The position numbers and the translations under genes were made by a program. Below are positions 31,301 through 40,476 of a stretch of 64,000 bases of DNA, in pieces. The notes under the pieces were generated by a model. It did no database searches and was not told the origin of the DNA. It was given only the letters and a program-made list of their open reading frames with translations. Position 1 is the first letter of the stretch; each line of letters starts with the position of its first letter. The stretch covers positions 1,240 to 65,239 of the forward strand of contig JBDKGB010000027.1 of the NCBI GenBank assembly GCA_039798485.1, in the 5' to 3' direction. This DNA is from Bacteroidota bacterium (GTDB taxonomy: Bacteria > Bacteroidota > Bacteroidia > Flavobacteriales_D > Crocinitomicaceae).

Positions 31301-34072
31301 ATGAAAATGAATACATTGTACCGTTTCGCTCTAACCGCAACATGCCTTGTGGTTTCACAAACAATTTTTGCGCAGAACAATGTCGGCATCGGCACAAACA
31401 CACCTGATCCAAGCGCGATTGTTGATATGTCAGCTTCAGATAAAGGAATGTTGGTTCCTCGCATGACAAGTGCTCAACGCACCGCTATTGTAAATCCGGC
31501 AGAGGCACTTTTGGTGTACGATACTGATGTTGAATGTTACTTCTATTTTAAACTATCAAGTGGCTGGTTGAACTTGTGCGCCGCAATGACAGGACCGCAA
31601 GGACCTGCTGGTGCTACAGGACCGCAAGGGCCAATTGGATTAACAGGAGCTACTGGCGCTGCTGGTCCTCAAGGCCCAACTGGGCTAACTGGTGCTACAG
31701 GACCGCAAGGGCCGATTGGACTAACAGGAGCTACTGGGCCTGCTGGGCCTCAAGGACCAACTGGGCTAACTGGCGCTACTGGACCACAGGGACCGATAGG
31801 TTTGACAGGACCAACTGGGCCTACTGGACCACAAGGACCTATTGGTTTGACCGGTCCTACGGGAGCTACTGGAGCAACTGGTCCACAAGGGCCTATTGGA
31901 CTAACAGGAGCTACAGGAGCAGCTGGTCCACAAGGTCCACAAGGACCAATTGGATTGACTGGGGCTACGGGACCACAAGGACCTGCAGGAGCTGATGGTG
32001 CTACAGGAGCAACTGGTCCACAGGGACCCATTGGATTGACTGGTGCTACAGGAGCACAAGGACCTGCAGGAGCTGATGGTGCTACAGGAGCAACTGGTCC
32101 GCAGGGACCCATTGGATTGACTGGTGCGACAGGACCACAAGGGCCTGCTGGAGCTGATGGTGCTACAGGACCAACTGGACCGCAAGGAGCAACTGGCGCT
32201 ACTGGGCCACAAGGACCTGCTGGAGCGAATGGACAGGGCGGTGTATCCGTATCTGGAACGGGAATCACATTGACTGGAACGGGAACGGCTGCTGACCCTT
32301 ATGTCATCAATGAAAATGACGATGATTGGAAAATCCTTGGTAACGCAGGAACTGTTGCGGGAACAAATTTTATTGGGACCACAGATGCCCAAGCCTTTAT
32401 CACAAAAACAGGTGGCAATGCTGCAGCAAATGAACGCATGCGCATCTTAGCGACTGGTCCTGGGGTATACAATGCGACGACACCCTTTGCAGGTGATGTC
32501 TTTTCTGTGTACGCATCAGGTGCTGCCGGTGCAATTAACCCATTAGGCACCTTTGCGGTAAATGGATATTCTGCTGGAAACGGCACTGGTGTATATGGTG
32601 AAACAAATGGCGGAGCAACAACAAATGGAACTGCTGTTTGGGGTGATCTTTACGGAACTGCTACTACCGCATCATCAAGCAGTGAGGGGGTGTGGGGATT
32701 GAACTCTACCGCTCCAGCTGGAACGGGTGCAACTGCTGCTGTTGCCGTTGGTGCGCGTGGTGAAGCTACAGGTGCAGCAGGAACAGCAATCACCATTGGA
32801 ACACTAGGGATTTCAACAGGAACAGCAGGTTCTGCCTATGGTGTATATGGCCAATCATCGTCACCTGCTGCAATGGGAGTCTTTGGAATTAACCTTGATG
32901 TTAGTGCAAATCCAGCACACGGTATTCAAGGCCAAACTGGGGCAAATGGCAGTGCCGCAGGTATTCGCGGTTTCAACACGGCAACTGCAATTGGAGCTGG
33001 TCAAAATGGATTCGGTGTTCGAGGCAGTGCCAACACCGCTCCCACGGGAACTGGATTTGTGATCGGTGTACGCGGTGATTGTAGCGGAACAACTGGTTCT
33101 ACATATGGTGTATACGGTCAATCCGCCTCTGCAACTGGATTTGGTGCAGACGGAGTGAATACGAATGTTTCAGGTACTGGCTTGTTCGCAATAGGAAACA
33201 ATGCCGCAGGTACCTATTTAGTCGGAGGTTCAGGAGCTGCCATCAACGGTAACGGAATTGGAACCTTTTCAATCGCAAAAACTGCGGCTTCTGGAAATGG
33301 AGTCGTTGGAATTGGTAACAACTTGACTGCATCCATACTTACACCTTCAACGGGTAGTGGTGTCACGGGTGTTGGAACGCAGTACGGTATCGTAGGATAT
33401 GCAACAACAACTGTAAATGCAAACCCATTGAACAACATCACAGCAAATGGAGCCACAGCAAGTGCAGGTGGTTATTTTGAAGTGCAAGCGGCAGGTGTAG
33501 CACAAACTTGGTCCTATGTTGGTGTGCGTGACAACGGAGGTGTTTTACGCAAAATCATTGGTACAGGAACTGTAAACACGATTGTGAAAGACCTAGATGA
33601 AAAATATGTCGCACTTTCTTGTCCTGAAGCGCCAGAAAATTTATTTCAAGATTATGGTGTAGGACAACTTGTAAACGGAAAAGTACACATCACGATTGAC
33701 CCTATTTTCGCAAAGAATATTGTTGTAAATGAAAAACATCCTCTTCGTGTATTTGTGCAGCTGGAGGGTGATTGCAAGGGGGTGTATGTCACCAACAAAA
33801 CGGCAAATGGATTTGACGTCATTGAGTTGAACGCAGGGACATCCAATACATCCTTCTCTTGGTCGATCGTGGCGAACCGCGCAGACGAAACCTTACAAGA
33901 CGGATCCGTGTCTAAGTATTCAGATGAACGCTTCGCACCGGCACCAGGTCCACAGCAAACGGTAATGCAACAAGCGGTAGAAGAGAACATGGATGTACGC
34001 ACTGTTCCATCTGAAGAACCTGTATCTTCGACAGGTGTGAGCACGAAGCCGAATCCACGCAAAAAGTTGTAA
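31301..34072 (+). CDS. Secreted collagen-like triple-helix repeat protein with a Gly/Ala/Thr-rich region and a globular C-terminal domain
   Basis: The ATG at 31301 gives a signal peptide ([25 protein letters not shown]). About 72 uninterrupted G-X-Y triplets follow ([13 protein letters not shown]...). The N-terminal VGIGT...LVPRMT..QR.AI module is common in Bacteroidota fibre-like proteins. Confidence 0.85.
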   Translation: MKMNTLYRFALTATCLVVSQTIFAQNNVGIGTNTPDPSAIVDMSASDKGMLVPRMTSAQRTAIVNPAEALLVYDTDVECYFYFKLSSGWLNLCAAMTGPQGPAGATGPQGPIGLTGATGAAGPQGPTGLTGATGPQGPIGLTGATGPAGPQGPTGLTGATGPQGPIGLTGPTGPTGPQGPIGLTGPTGATGATGPQGPIGLTGATGAAGPQGPQGPIGLTGATGPQGPAGADGATGATGPQGPIGLTGATGAQGPAGADGATGATGPQGPIGLTGATGPQGPAGADGATGPTGPQGATGATGPQGPAGANGQGGVSVSGTGITLTGTGTAADPYVINENDDDWKILGNAGTVAGTNFIGTTDAQAFITKTGGNAAANERMRILATGPGVYNATTPFAGDVFSVYASGAAGAINPLGTFAVNGYSAGNGTGVYGETNGGATTNGTAVWGDLYGTATTASSSSEGVWGLNSTAPAGTGATAAVAVGARGEATGAAGTAITIGTLGISTGTAGSAYGVYGQSSSPAAMGVFGINLDVSANPAHGIQGQTGANGSAAGIRGFNTATAIGAGQNGFGVRGSANTAPTGTGFVIGVRGDCSGTTGSTYGVYGQSASATGFGADGVNTNVSGTGLFAIGNNAAGTYLVGGSGAAINGNGIGTFSIAKTAASGNGVVGIGNNLTASILTPSTGSGVTGVGTQYGIVGYATTTVNANPLNNITANGATASAGGYFEVQAAGVAQTWSYVGVRDNGGVLRKIIGTGTVNTIVKDLDEKYVALSCPEAPENLFQDYGVGQLVNGKVHITIDPIFAKNIVVNEKHPLRVFVQLEGDCKGVYVTNKTANGFDVIELNAGTSNTSFSWSIVANRADETLQDGSVSKYSDERFAPAPGPQQTVMQQAVEENMDVRTVPSEEPVSSTGVSTKPNPRKKL
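31592..32242 (+). repeat. Coding Gly-X-Y (collagen-like) repeat tract
   Basis: 651 nt of GGN-NNN-NNN periodicity with repeated [13 protein letters not shown] blocks. All long antisense or out-of-frame ORFs here are artefacts of this repeat. Confidence 0.9.
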
Positions 34073-34146
34073 AAGCATAGTGATTTGAAATCACAATTTC
34101 AAAAGTCTGTATATTGAATGCAGGCTTTTTTTTATGCTTCTTGAGC

Positions 34147-34915
34147 CTACCACGGAGGCACGGGACTATTGTTTTTCATTTAAAATTCAACTGGATTCTT
34201 TCGCCTTGCACGTCAATTCTCTGCGCCTCTAGGTGAATAAACCAAATAATTATCTACTACAGAGGCACAGAGATCAATTGTATCTGAAATTCAACTGGAT
34301 TCTTACGCCTTGCACGTTCATTCTCTGCGCCTCTAGGTGAATAAACAAGATTATTGTCTACCACGGAGGCAAAGAGATCAATTGTATCTGAAATTCAACT
34401 GGATTCTTAAGCCTTGCACGTTCATTCTCTGCGACTCTAGGTGAATAAACCAAATAATTGTCTACCACGGAGGCAAAGAGATCAATTGTATCTGAAATTC
34501 AACTGGATTCTTTCGCCTTGCACGTTCATTCTCTGCGACTCTAGGTGAATAAACCAAATAATTGTCTACCACAGAGGCACAGAGATCAATTGTATCTGAA
34601 ATTCAATTGGATTCTTAAGCCTTGCACGTTCATTCTCTGCGCCTCTAGGTGAATAAACAAGATTATTGTCTACCACGAAGGCAAAGAAATCAATTGTATC
34701 TGAAATTCAACTGGATTCTTCCGCCTTGTACGTTCATTCTCTGCGCCTCTAGATTAATAAACCAGATTATTGTCTGCCACGGAGGCACAGAGATCAATCG
34801 TATCTGCAATTCAACTGGATTCTTCCGCCTTGCACGTTAATTCTCTGCGCCTCAAGGTGAATAAACAAGATTATTGTCTACTAGAAAGGCACAGAGGTTA
34901 ATTGTATCTCAAATA
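34147..34915. repeat. Non-coding tandem repeat, 104-bp unit, about 7.4 copies
   Basis: Unit starts (CTACCACGGAGGCA...) are at 34147, 34254, 34358, 34462, 34566, 34670, 34774 and 34878. Units are about 90% identical over their full length. A 104-nt period is not a multiple of 3. Confidence 0.9.
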
Positions 34916-35003
34916 CATTTCAGCTAGTTTCCATACTACATCTTTCATGTTATCAGCATGCAATGAGACGAAGGAGCTAAAAAATTCTTGGTCGAAATTC
35001 TTC

Positions 35004-36155
35004 CTACTTCTGCGCGAAGCGGTATAAGATGTATGCGATACCACCAAACAAGATGTTGGGCACCCAAACAGCCAATTCTGCCGGAAACCCAACCTTCATG
35101 GCAGCCACCGTGGTCACTTTCATGGCGAAGATGTATATGAAAATAATACCCAAACCCAAGGCAATGCTAATTCCAATTCCACCGCGCTTTTTGCGTGAAG
35201 AAACCGAAACACCAATAATGGTCAACACATAGGAAGCAAACGGATAAGAAGTACGTTGATTGAGTTCGATTTCATACATCGGAACATTTCCTGAACCTTT
35301 CTCCTTTTCTCTTTGGATGAATCCTTTCAGCTCAGAATAGGTCATGGCTTCAGCAATGTTATCGCGCTGTGCCATTTCCTCAATTCTAAACTTGAAGACA
35401 GTATCTTTTTTCTGTCCCTCGTGAACCTCATCATTTGGATAACCTACCCTGCGTTCGAAGTAATCCGTCAATACCCAAACATCAGTCCCCGGCTTGTTCT
35501 GCGCCGATCGAGCCTTGATAAAGTACTTCAATTTTTTATTGTTGTCCCACTGTTCAAGTACGAAGTCGTTGACTACATTTTGTTCGGATGAAAAACTCGA
35601 AAAATAGACCACTTGGTTGCCAGGATATTCTGCGTGATAATCTTCGACATACATGGCATCTCGGTAATATTTCTCCTCAAAGGCGAGTCTCACTTTATTG
35701 GCCTTGGGCAAAATAAAATGGTTCATGAATAAGGAAATCAACATCAAGATTGTCGCAGAAATCATATACGGCCGAAGAAAACGGTGAAAGGGTCTTCCAC
35801 TGTTGAGCATTGGAATGATTTCCGTGTCTTGCGCCATTTTCGCTGTAAACCAAATGACCGAAACGAAGATGATCATTGAGGAAAACATGTTCCCATAGAA
35901 GAGAATGAAATTCAGATAGTACTCGAAGATAATCCCAGAGATTGGTGCTTGATTGTCGATAAATTCACTCAATCGTTCGGACAAGTCAAAGACCATTGCG
36001 AGGAGCATGATGATTCCAAGCATGAAGAAGAACGTGGTTAAGAACTTCCGAATGATATATTTATCAAGAATGGATAGCACGCTAGAGTCGTTGTCCCAAT
36101 TTTGGTGTGAGCGCATTTTTCCATTCAACAAAAGTGCCGTCGAGAATTCGTTCAC
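35004..36155 (-). CDS. LptF/LptG family permease (YjgP/YjgQ)
   Basis: N-terminal ILDKYIIRKF motif, 3 TM helices, a large periplasmic loop, then 3 more TM helices. The annotated GTG start overlaps the tgt 3' end, so the true start may be about 40-75 nt downstream. Confidence 0.75.
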   Translation of the reverse strand: MNEFSTALLLNGKMRSHQNWDNDSSVLSILDKYIIRKFLTTFFFMLGIIMLLAMVFDLSERLSEFIDNQAPISGIIFEYYLNFILFYGNMFSSMIIFVSVIWFTAKMAQDTEIIPMLNSGRPFHRFLRPYMISATILMLISLFMNHFILPKANKVRLAFEEKYYRDAMYVEDYHAEYPGNQVVYFSSFSSEQNVVNDFVLEQWDNNKKLKYFIKARSAQNKPGTDVWVLTDYFERRVGYPNDEVHEGQKKDTVFKFRIEEMAQRDNIAEAMTYSELKGFIQREKEKGSGNVPMYEIELNQRTSYPFASYVLTIIGVSVSSRKKRGGIGISIALGLGIIFIYIFAMKVTTVAAMKVGFPAELAVWVPNILFGGIAYILYRFAQK

Positions 36156-37212
36156 GGGCCTCTTTCATCAAATCAAGATAAAATGCAAGGTTATGAATGG
36201 TTGCGATTTGAATCCCAAGGTTTTCACCTGACTTTATCAAATGGCGCAAATAGGCTTTGGTATACGCTTGATCCACGTAGGCTTTTCCCGTTGGGTCAAG
36301 TGGAGAAAAATCCATTTCCCATTTCTTGTTCTTGATGTTTATTGTTCCTTCGCGTGTAAACAACATGCCGTGACGTGCATTTCTTGAGGGCATCACGCAA
36401 TCGAACATATCAATCCCCATGGCAATGCATTCCAACAAATTAACAGGCGTACCCACACCCATCAAATAACGGGGTTTTTCGGTCGGTAAAATTTGACACA
36501 CATGGTCGGTCATCTCGTACAATTCTTCATCGGGTTCACCTACAGAAAGCCCACCTATTGCGTTTCCAACGGCATCAAATGACGCGATTTTCTCCGCAGA
36601 TTCCGTTCTCAAATCCTTGTAAACACTCCCTTGAACAATAGGAAAAAGTGCTTGATTGTAGCCGTATTTTGGTTCGGTTTCCTCCATTCGGTCCATACAG
36701 CGTTTTAACCAGCGGTGTGTCATGTGCATGGAGCGTTTGGCATACTGGTAATCGCAGGGATATGGTGTACATTCATCAAAAGCCATGATGATATCGGCGC
36801 CAATGGTTCGTTGAATATCAATCGCACGTTCCGGTGTAAAGAAATGATAACTTCCGTCGATGTGCGACTGAAACTTCACCCCTTCCTCATTGATTTTTCG
36901 TGAACCCGACAAGGAATACACTTGATATCCTCCACTATCTGTCAACATCGGCCGATCCCAACCAATAAATTTGTGTAAGCCACCAGCTGCCTCAAGGACT
37001 TCGATTCCAGGACGCAGAAAGAGGTGGTAGGTGTTTCCGAGAATGATTTGCGCCTTGATGTCATCTGCCAATTCATGCTGATGCACCCCCTTCACGGATC
37101 CAACTGTTCCCACAGGCATAAAGATAGGGGTCTCAATTGTACCGTGATCGGTATGTAACAATCCCACTCGCGCGCGGGATTTTGGGTCAGTATGGCGAAG
37201 TTCAAAGTGCAT
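36082..37212 (-). CDS. tgt: tRNA-guanine transglycosylase (queuine tRNA-ribosyltransferase)
   Basis: 376 aa with FMPVGT, TDSGGYQV, the C..C..C..H zinc site region and GIDMFDCV. Confidence 0.95.
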   Translation of the reverse strand: MHFELRHTDPKSRARVGLLHTDHGTIETPIFMPVGTVGSVKGVHQHELADDIKAQIILGNTYHLFLRPGIEVLEAAGGLHKFIGWDRPMLTDSGGYQVYSLSGSRKINEEGVKFQSHIDGSYHFFTPERAIDIQRTIGADIIMAFDECTPYPCDYQYAKRSMHMTHRWLKRCMDRMEETEPKYGYNQALFPIVQGSVYKDLRTESAEKIASFDAVGNAIGGLSVGEPDEELYEMTDHVCQILPTEKPRYLMGVGTPVNLLECIAMGIDMFDCVMPSRNARHGMLFTREGTINIKNKKWEMDFSPLDPTGKAYVDQAYTKAYLRHLIKSGENLGIQIATIHNLAFYLDLMKEARERILDGTFVEWKNALTPKLGQRL

Positions 37213-37292
37213 AAAATGTTGAAAACTAAACGGCGCAAAGATAAAGCTATTTCATTAGTCACCCCATCTTTGTACCGAAGCTTTACGCCGAC

Positions 37293-38432
37293 ATGCATTT
37301 TATACCTTCATTCGAGTCTTCCGCATTTTTATATGTGTTCCTAACATTTGGAATTACAGCTTTGGTGCATCTGACGTATGTGCTTCTCATCCAAGGAAAA
37401 TTCGCCTTTTACAAGCAGAAAACTCCAACCGAGAACGAAGCCTCTTTTCCTCCAATATCGCTGATTATTGCAGCGCGAAACGAATCAGACAATCTGTACG
37501 AAAACCTCCCATTCATCTTAACCCAAGACTACCCTCAGTTTGAAGTGATTGTCATCAACAACCAATCGGTAGACGATTCCAGTCAACTTTTGCGGGCGTT
37601 TCAAAATGAATACAGAAATCTCCATGTCATCGAAGTAGAGCGAAACCCACACCTCCGGCCTGGCAAGAAACTCTCCATCACTATCGGGATCAAGGGAGCA
37701 AAATACGACCATTTCATTTTGACAGATGCGGATTGTCGTCCAGCTTCTCGGTTGTGGTTGCAGTCGATGGCAAAATCCTTTCGTGCTGATAAAGAGCTCA
37801 TCATTGGCTACGGTCCTTACACCAAAACGTCAGGTTTTTTAAATCGCCTGATTCGCTTCGACACCGCTTCCATTGGCATCAGTTATTATTCCATGGCCTT
37901 GTCGGGTTTGCCCTACATGGGAGTAGGACGCAACATTGGTTATACCAGGAAACTTTTCGATTCTGTGAATGGATTCAAATCACATTATGGTTTAGCTTCT
38001 GGCGATGACGATCTTTTTGTACAAGAAGCAGCAACAAAAAAGAATGTCTCGATCAATATTGATAAAGATGCCTTTTGTTACTCTGCCCCTTGCAGTGACT
38101 GGGATGCGTGGATTCGACAAAAAACCAGACACTACACGACTACCGATCGGTACGAGGTTATTAAAAAATGGATGTTAGGAATATATCCCTTGACCCTGCT
38201 GATCTTGCTTATTTCCTTTGTTATTTTGATGCTGAGTAATGATTTCCGATGGTTAAGTGCCTCGGTATTCATTTTCGTTACGGGTGTTAAATGGTGGGTA
38301 CAAGGCCGTTGTTTCATTAAATTGAACGAAGGCAGCTTGGTGAAATACCTACCATTGTGGGACATGATGTACACGATCTTGATGCCGATCATTTATTATT
38401 CATCTGAAAAAAAGGCAGCAAACAAATGGTAG
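37293..38432 (+). CDS. Family 2 glycosyltransferase (membrane)
   Basis: ISLIIAARNE..., VIVINNQSVDDS, LTDADC, and C-terminal TM helices. Confidence 0.75.
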   Translation: MHFIPSFESSAFLYVFLTFGITALVHLTYVLLIQGKFAFYKQKTPTENEASFPPISLIIAARNESDNLYENLPFILTQDYPQFEVIVINNQSVDDSSQLLRAFQNEYRNLHVIEVERNPHLRPGKKLSITIGIKGAKYDHFILTDADCRPASRLWLQSMAKSFRADKELIIGYGPYTKTSGFLNRLIRFDTASIGISYYSMALSGLPYMGVGRNIGYTRKLFDSVNGFKSHYGLASGDDDLFVQEAATKKNVSINIDKDAFCYSAPCSDWDAWIRQKTRHYTTTDRYEVIKKWMLGIYPLTLLILLISFVILMLSNDFRWLSASVFIFVTGVKWWVQGRCFIKLNEGSLVKYLPLWDMMYTILMPIIYYSSEKKAANKW

Positions 38433-39031
38433 AAGGCGAACACTTATCCGACAAAGCACGACACGATCTCATTCTGGTAGATGCGGCGCGGAAAGGCAAT
38501 CAAGCAGCATACGCTGAGTTGATGGACCGTTATCGAGAATCAATCTATTACATGATGCTCAAAATGGTGAAAAACCAAGATGATGCTGATGATTTAACGA
38601 TCGAAGCCTTTGGCAAAGCATTTAGCCGCTTGGAACAATACTCTCCAAGTTATGCCTTCAGTACTTGGCTGTTTAAAATCGCTTCCAACAATTGTATTGA
38701 TTTCATTCGCAAAAAACGAATCAAAGTGACCTCCATGGATACTGGCTTTACCTCAAGCGATGGTGAAGTGGTTTACATTGAAGCAAAAGCTTCGGTCATG
38801 AATCCCGAAGAAACAATTATTCACGGTCAAAAAGTGTCGCACATGCGTGTTCTTGTGAGCAAGCTGAAGCCACGCTACCGCGAACTTGTGGAGAAACGTT
38901 ATTTTGAGGAATTGAGTTACGAAGAGATCGCTGAAGAGTTGAATCTGCCGTTGGGGACCGTTAAAGCTCAACTTTTTCGCGCCAGAGACTTCCTTGCTGG
39001 AATGATGGAGAAAACCAAAGACACGATTTAA
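38426..39031 (+). CDS. RNA polymerase sigma-70 family (ECF-type) sigma factor
   Basis: Region 2 (DADDLTIEAF...FSTWLFKIASNNCIDFIRKK) and region 4 (ELSYEEIAEELNLPLGTVKAQLFRAR). Confidence 0.85.
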   Translation: MVEGEHLSDKARHDLILVDAARKGNQAAYAELMDRYRESIYYMMLKMVKNQDDADDLTIEAFGKAFSRLEQYSPSYAFSTWLFKIASNNCIDFIRKKRIKVTSMDTGFTSSDGEVVYIEAKASVMNPEETIIHGQKVSHMRVLVSKLKPRYRELVEKRYFEELSYEEIAEELNLPLGTVKAQLFRARDFLAGMMEKTKDTI

Positions 39032-39082
39032 TCCGTTTATTTTCCCAAACAATTATCGAACGGCATTACCGTAGATTTTACC

Positions 39083-39706
39083 ATGCATCACATTGAACAC
39101 TACTTCCCTAACCTTTCTGACATTCAAAAAAAACAATTTGAATTATTGGGAGAGCTTTACCAGCATTGGAATGAGCAAATCAATGTGATTTCACGAAAAG
39201 ATACCGACAATTTTTACGAACGTCACGTCTTGCATTCCCTAGGAATCGCAAAGGTGATGACGTTTGCAGATGGCTCCAAAATTCTCGACATAGGAACAGG
39301 TGGCGGTTTCCCAGGAATACCTTTAGCGATCCTTTTCCCAGAATGTCAATTCACCTTAGTAGATTCGATTGGCAAGAAGATTCGGGTTGTCAACGAAGTG
39401 AAAAATGCATTGGGACTAAAGAATGTTGTCGCCATTCACGAGCGTGCAGAAAACATCAAAGGAAACTTCGATTTTATCGTAAGTCGTGCCGTTACCGCCA
39501 TGCCAGACTTCATCCGGTGGACTACTGGAAAAATCGCCAAGAACAACAACAATCCATTGAAGAACGGAATTTTGTACTTGAAAGGTGGTGACTTGACAGA
39601 GGAACTGTCTACAGTTAAACAAAAAATGGAATTGTTTAACCTGAGTGAGGTTTACGCAGAGGAGTTTTTCGAAACAAAAAAAGTGGTGTACGTCAAATTA
39701 AATTGA
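39083..39706 (+). CDS. rsmG: 16S rRNA (guanine527-N7)-methyltransferase
   Basis: WNEQINVISRKD, the SAM motif DIGTGGGFPGIPLAI, and VDSIGKK. Confidence 0.9.
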   Translation: MHHIEHYFPNLSDIQKKQFELLGELYQHWNEQINVISRKDTDNFYERHVLHSLGIAKVMTFADGSKILDIGTGGGFPGIPLAILFPECQFTLVDSIGKKIRVVNEVKNALGLKNVVAIHERAENIKGNFDFIVSRAVTAMPDFIRWTTGKIAKNNNNPLKNGILYLKGGDLTEELSTVKQKMELFNLSEVYAEEFFETKKVVYVKLN

Positions 39707-39713
39707 CTTCTGC

Positions 39714-40253
39714 TTAAGACAGCTTGTATTTCTTAAAGAATACGTCCCAATCCCAGATAAAGTTCGCCATCACCTCATCCAATCGCTTTAGGAACAACGG
39801 ATTTGGCGCTTGCATACGCTTGAAATACTCGTCTTGGTATTCGTTTAAACCATACTTGTGGAACATTGCCTTCGACATGCCATAAATCATATTCTTAGAA
39901 GGATGATTTACGCGTGTAATGAACGACTGGTAATCACGAACAAGTTTTTCAAAATCAACATCAGACATGTCGTAGATGCGTGCTAATTTTTCAAAGATTA
40001 GTTTTTCAACACGGCCAGCTTGTTCTGCTTCAAAGGTGCTTTCCAAGAAAGACAAATTCCCTACGATAACAATCATCCCAAACTCACCGCTTTCAGTATT
40101 CGAAATTTCAGGGGATTTCATGAAAACAGCATCTTCATTAATCAGAGACGCGACCTCTTTGAATCCATTATCCACCGAATCAAAAATCGCGTTGATGAAC
40201 ACGTTTGCAACCTGATTGTCTGAAAGTCTGCGCTTAATCAATGTTCCCAGCAT
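39714..40253 (-). CDS. Hypothetical protein
   Basis: A 179-aa ORF with coding-like composition. I recognise no motif. Confidence 0.5.
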   Translation of the reverse strand: MLGTLIKRRLSDNQVANVFINAIFDSVDNGFKEVASLINEDAVFMKSPEISNTESGEFGMIVIVGNLSFLESTFEAEQAGRVEKLIFEKLARIYDMSDVDFEKLVRDYQSFITRVNHPSKNMIYGMSKAMFHKYGLNEYQDEYFKRMQAPNPLFLKRLDEVMANFIWDWDVFFKKYKLS

Positions 40254-40380
40254 AATGATCTGTGTTGATAATACTTACTACTTACAAATTTAATGATGTA
40301 GCTAAGGGAACGGCAGTTGCATGCATATAGGTTTTCAACCAAGTTTTCAACACATTTCGATAAATTTTTCGGGTTTTTGA

Positions 40381-40476
40381 ATGAAAATCAGTAAAAAACG
40401 AAAAGAAAATCATTCATTTTGTCTTAGAAATAGCGCTTCTTGCCCTATTATTTTAGCCAAAGGAAGTAAGGTATGA
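40381..40476 (+). CDS. Possible 31-aa upstream ORF overlapping the P-type ATPase start (ATGA)
   Basis: My translation is MKISKKRKENHSFCLRNSASCPIILAKGSKV. Its TGA at 40474..40476 overlaps the ATPase ATG at 40473..40475. There is no other support. Confidence 0.2.
   Translation: MKISKKRKENHSFCLRNSASCPIILAKGSKV

Noticed and set aside
31576-32586. Long ORFs on both strands and in other frames across the collagen tract (31576..31995 +, 31750..32268 -, 31901..32392 -, 32299..32586 -)
   Set aside because: They are artefacts of the GGN-NNN-NNN repeat, which keeps several frames open. Only the frame with a signal peptide and G-X-Y periodicity is credible.
34147-34915. Possible CRISPR array, suggested by the regularly spaced repeats
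   Set aside because: The entire 104-bp unit is repeated at about 90% identity, so there are no unique spacers. No cas genes are nearby. It is a plain tandem repeat.
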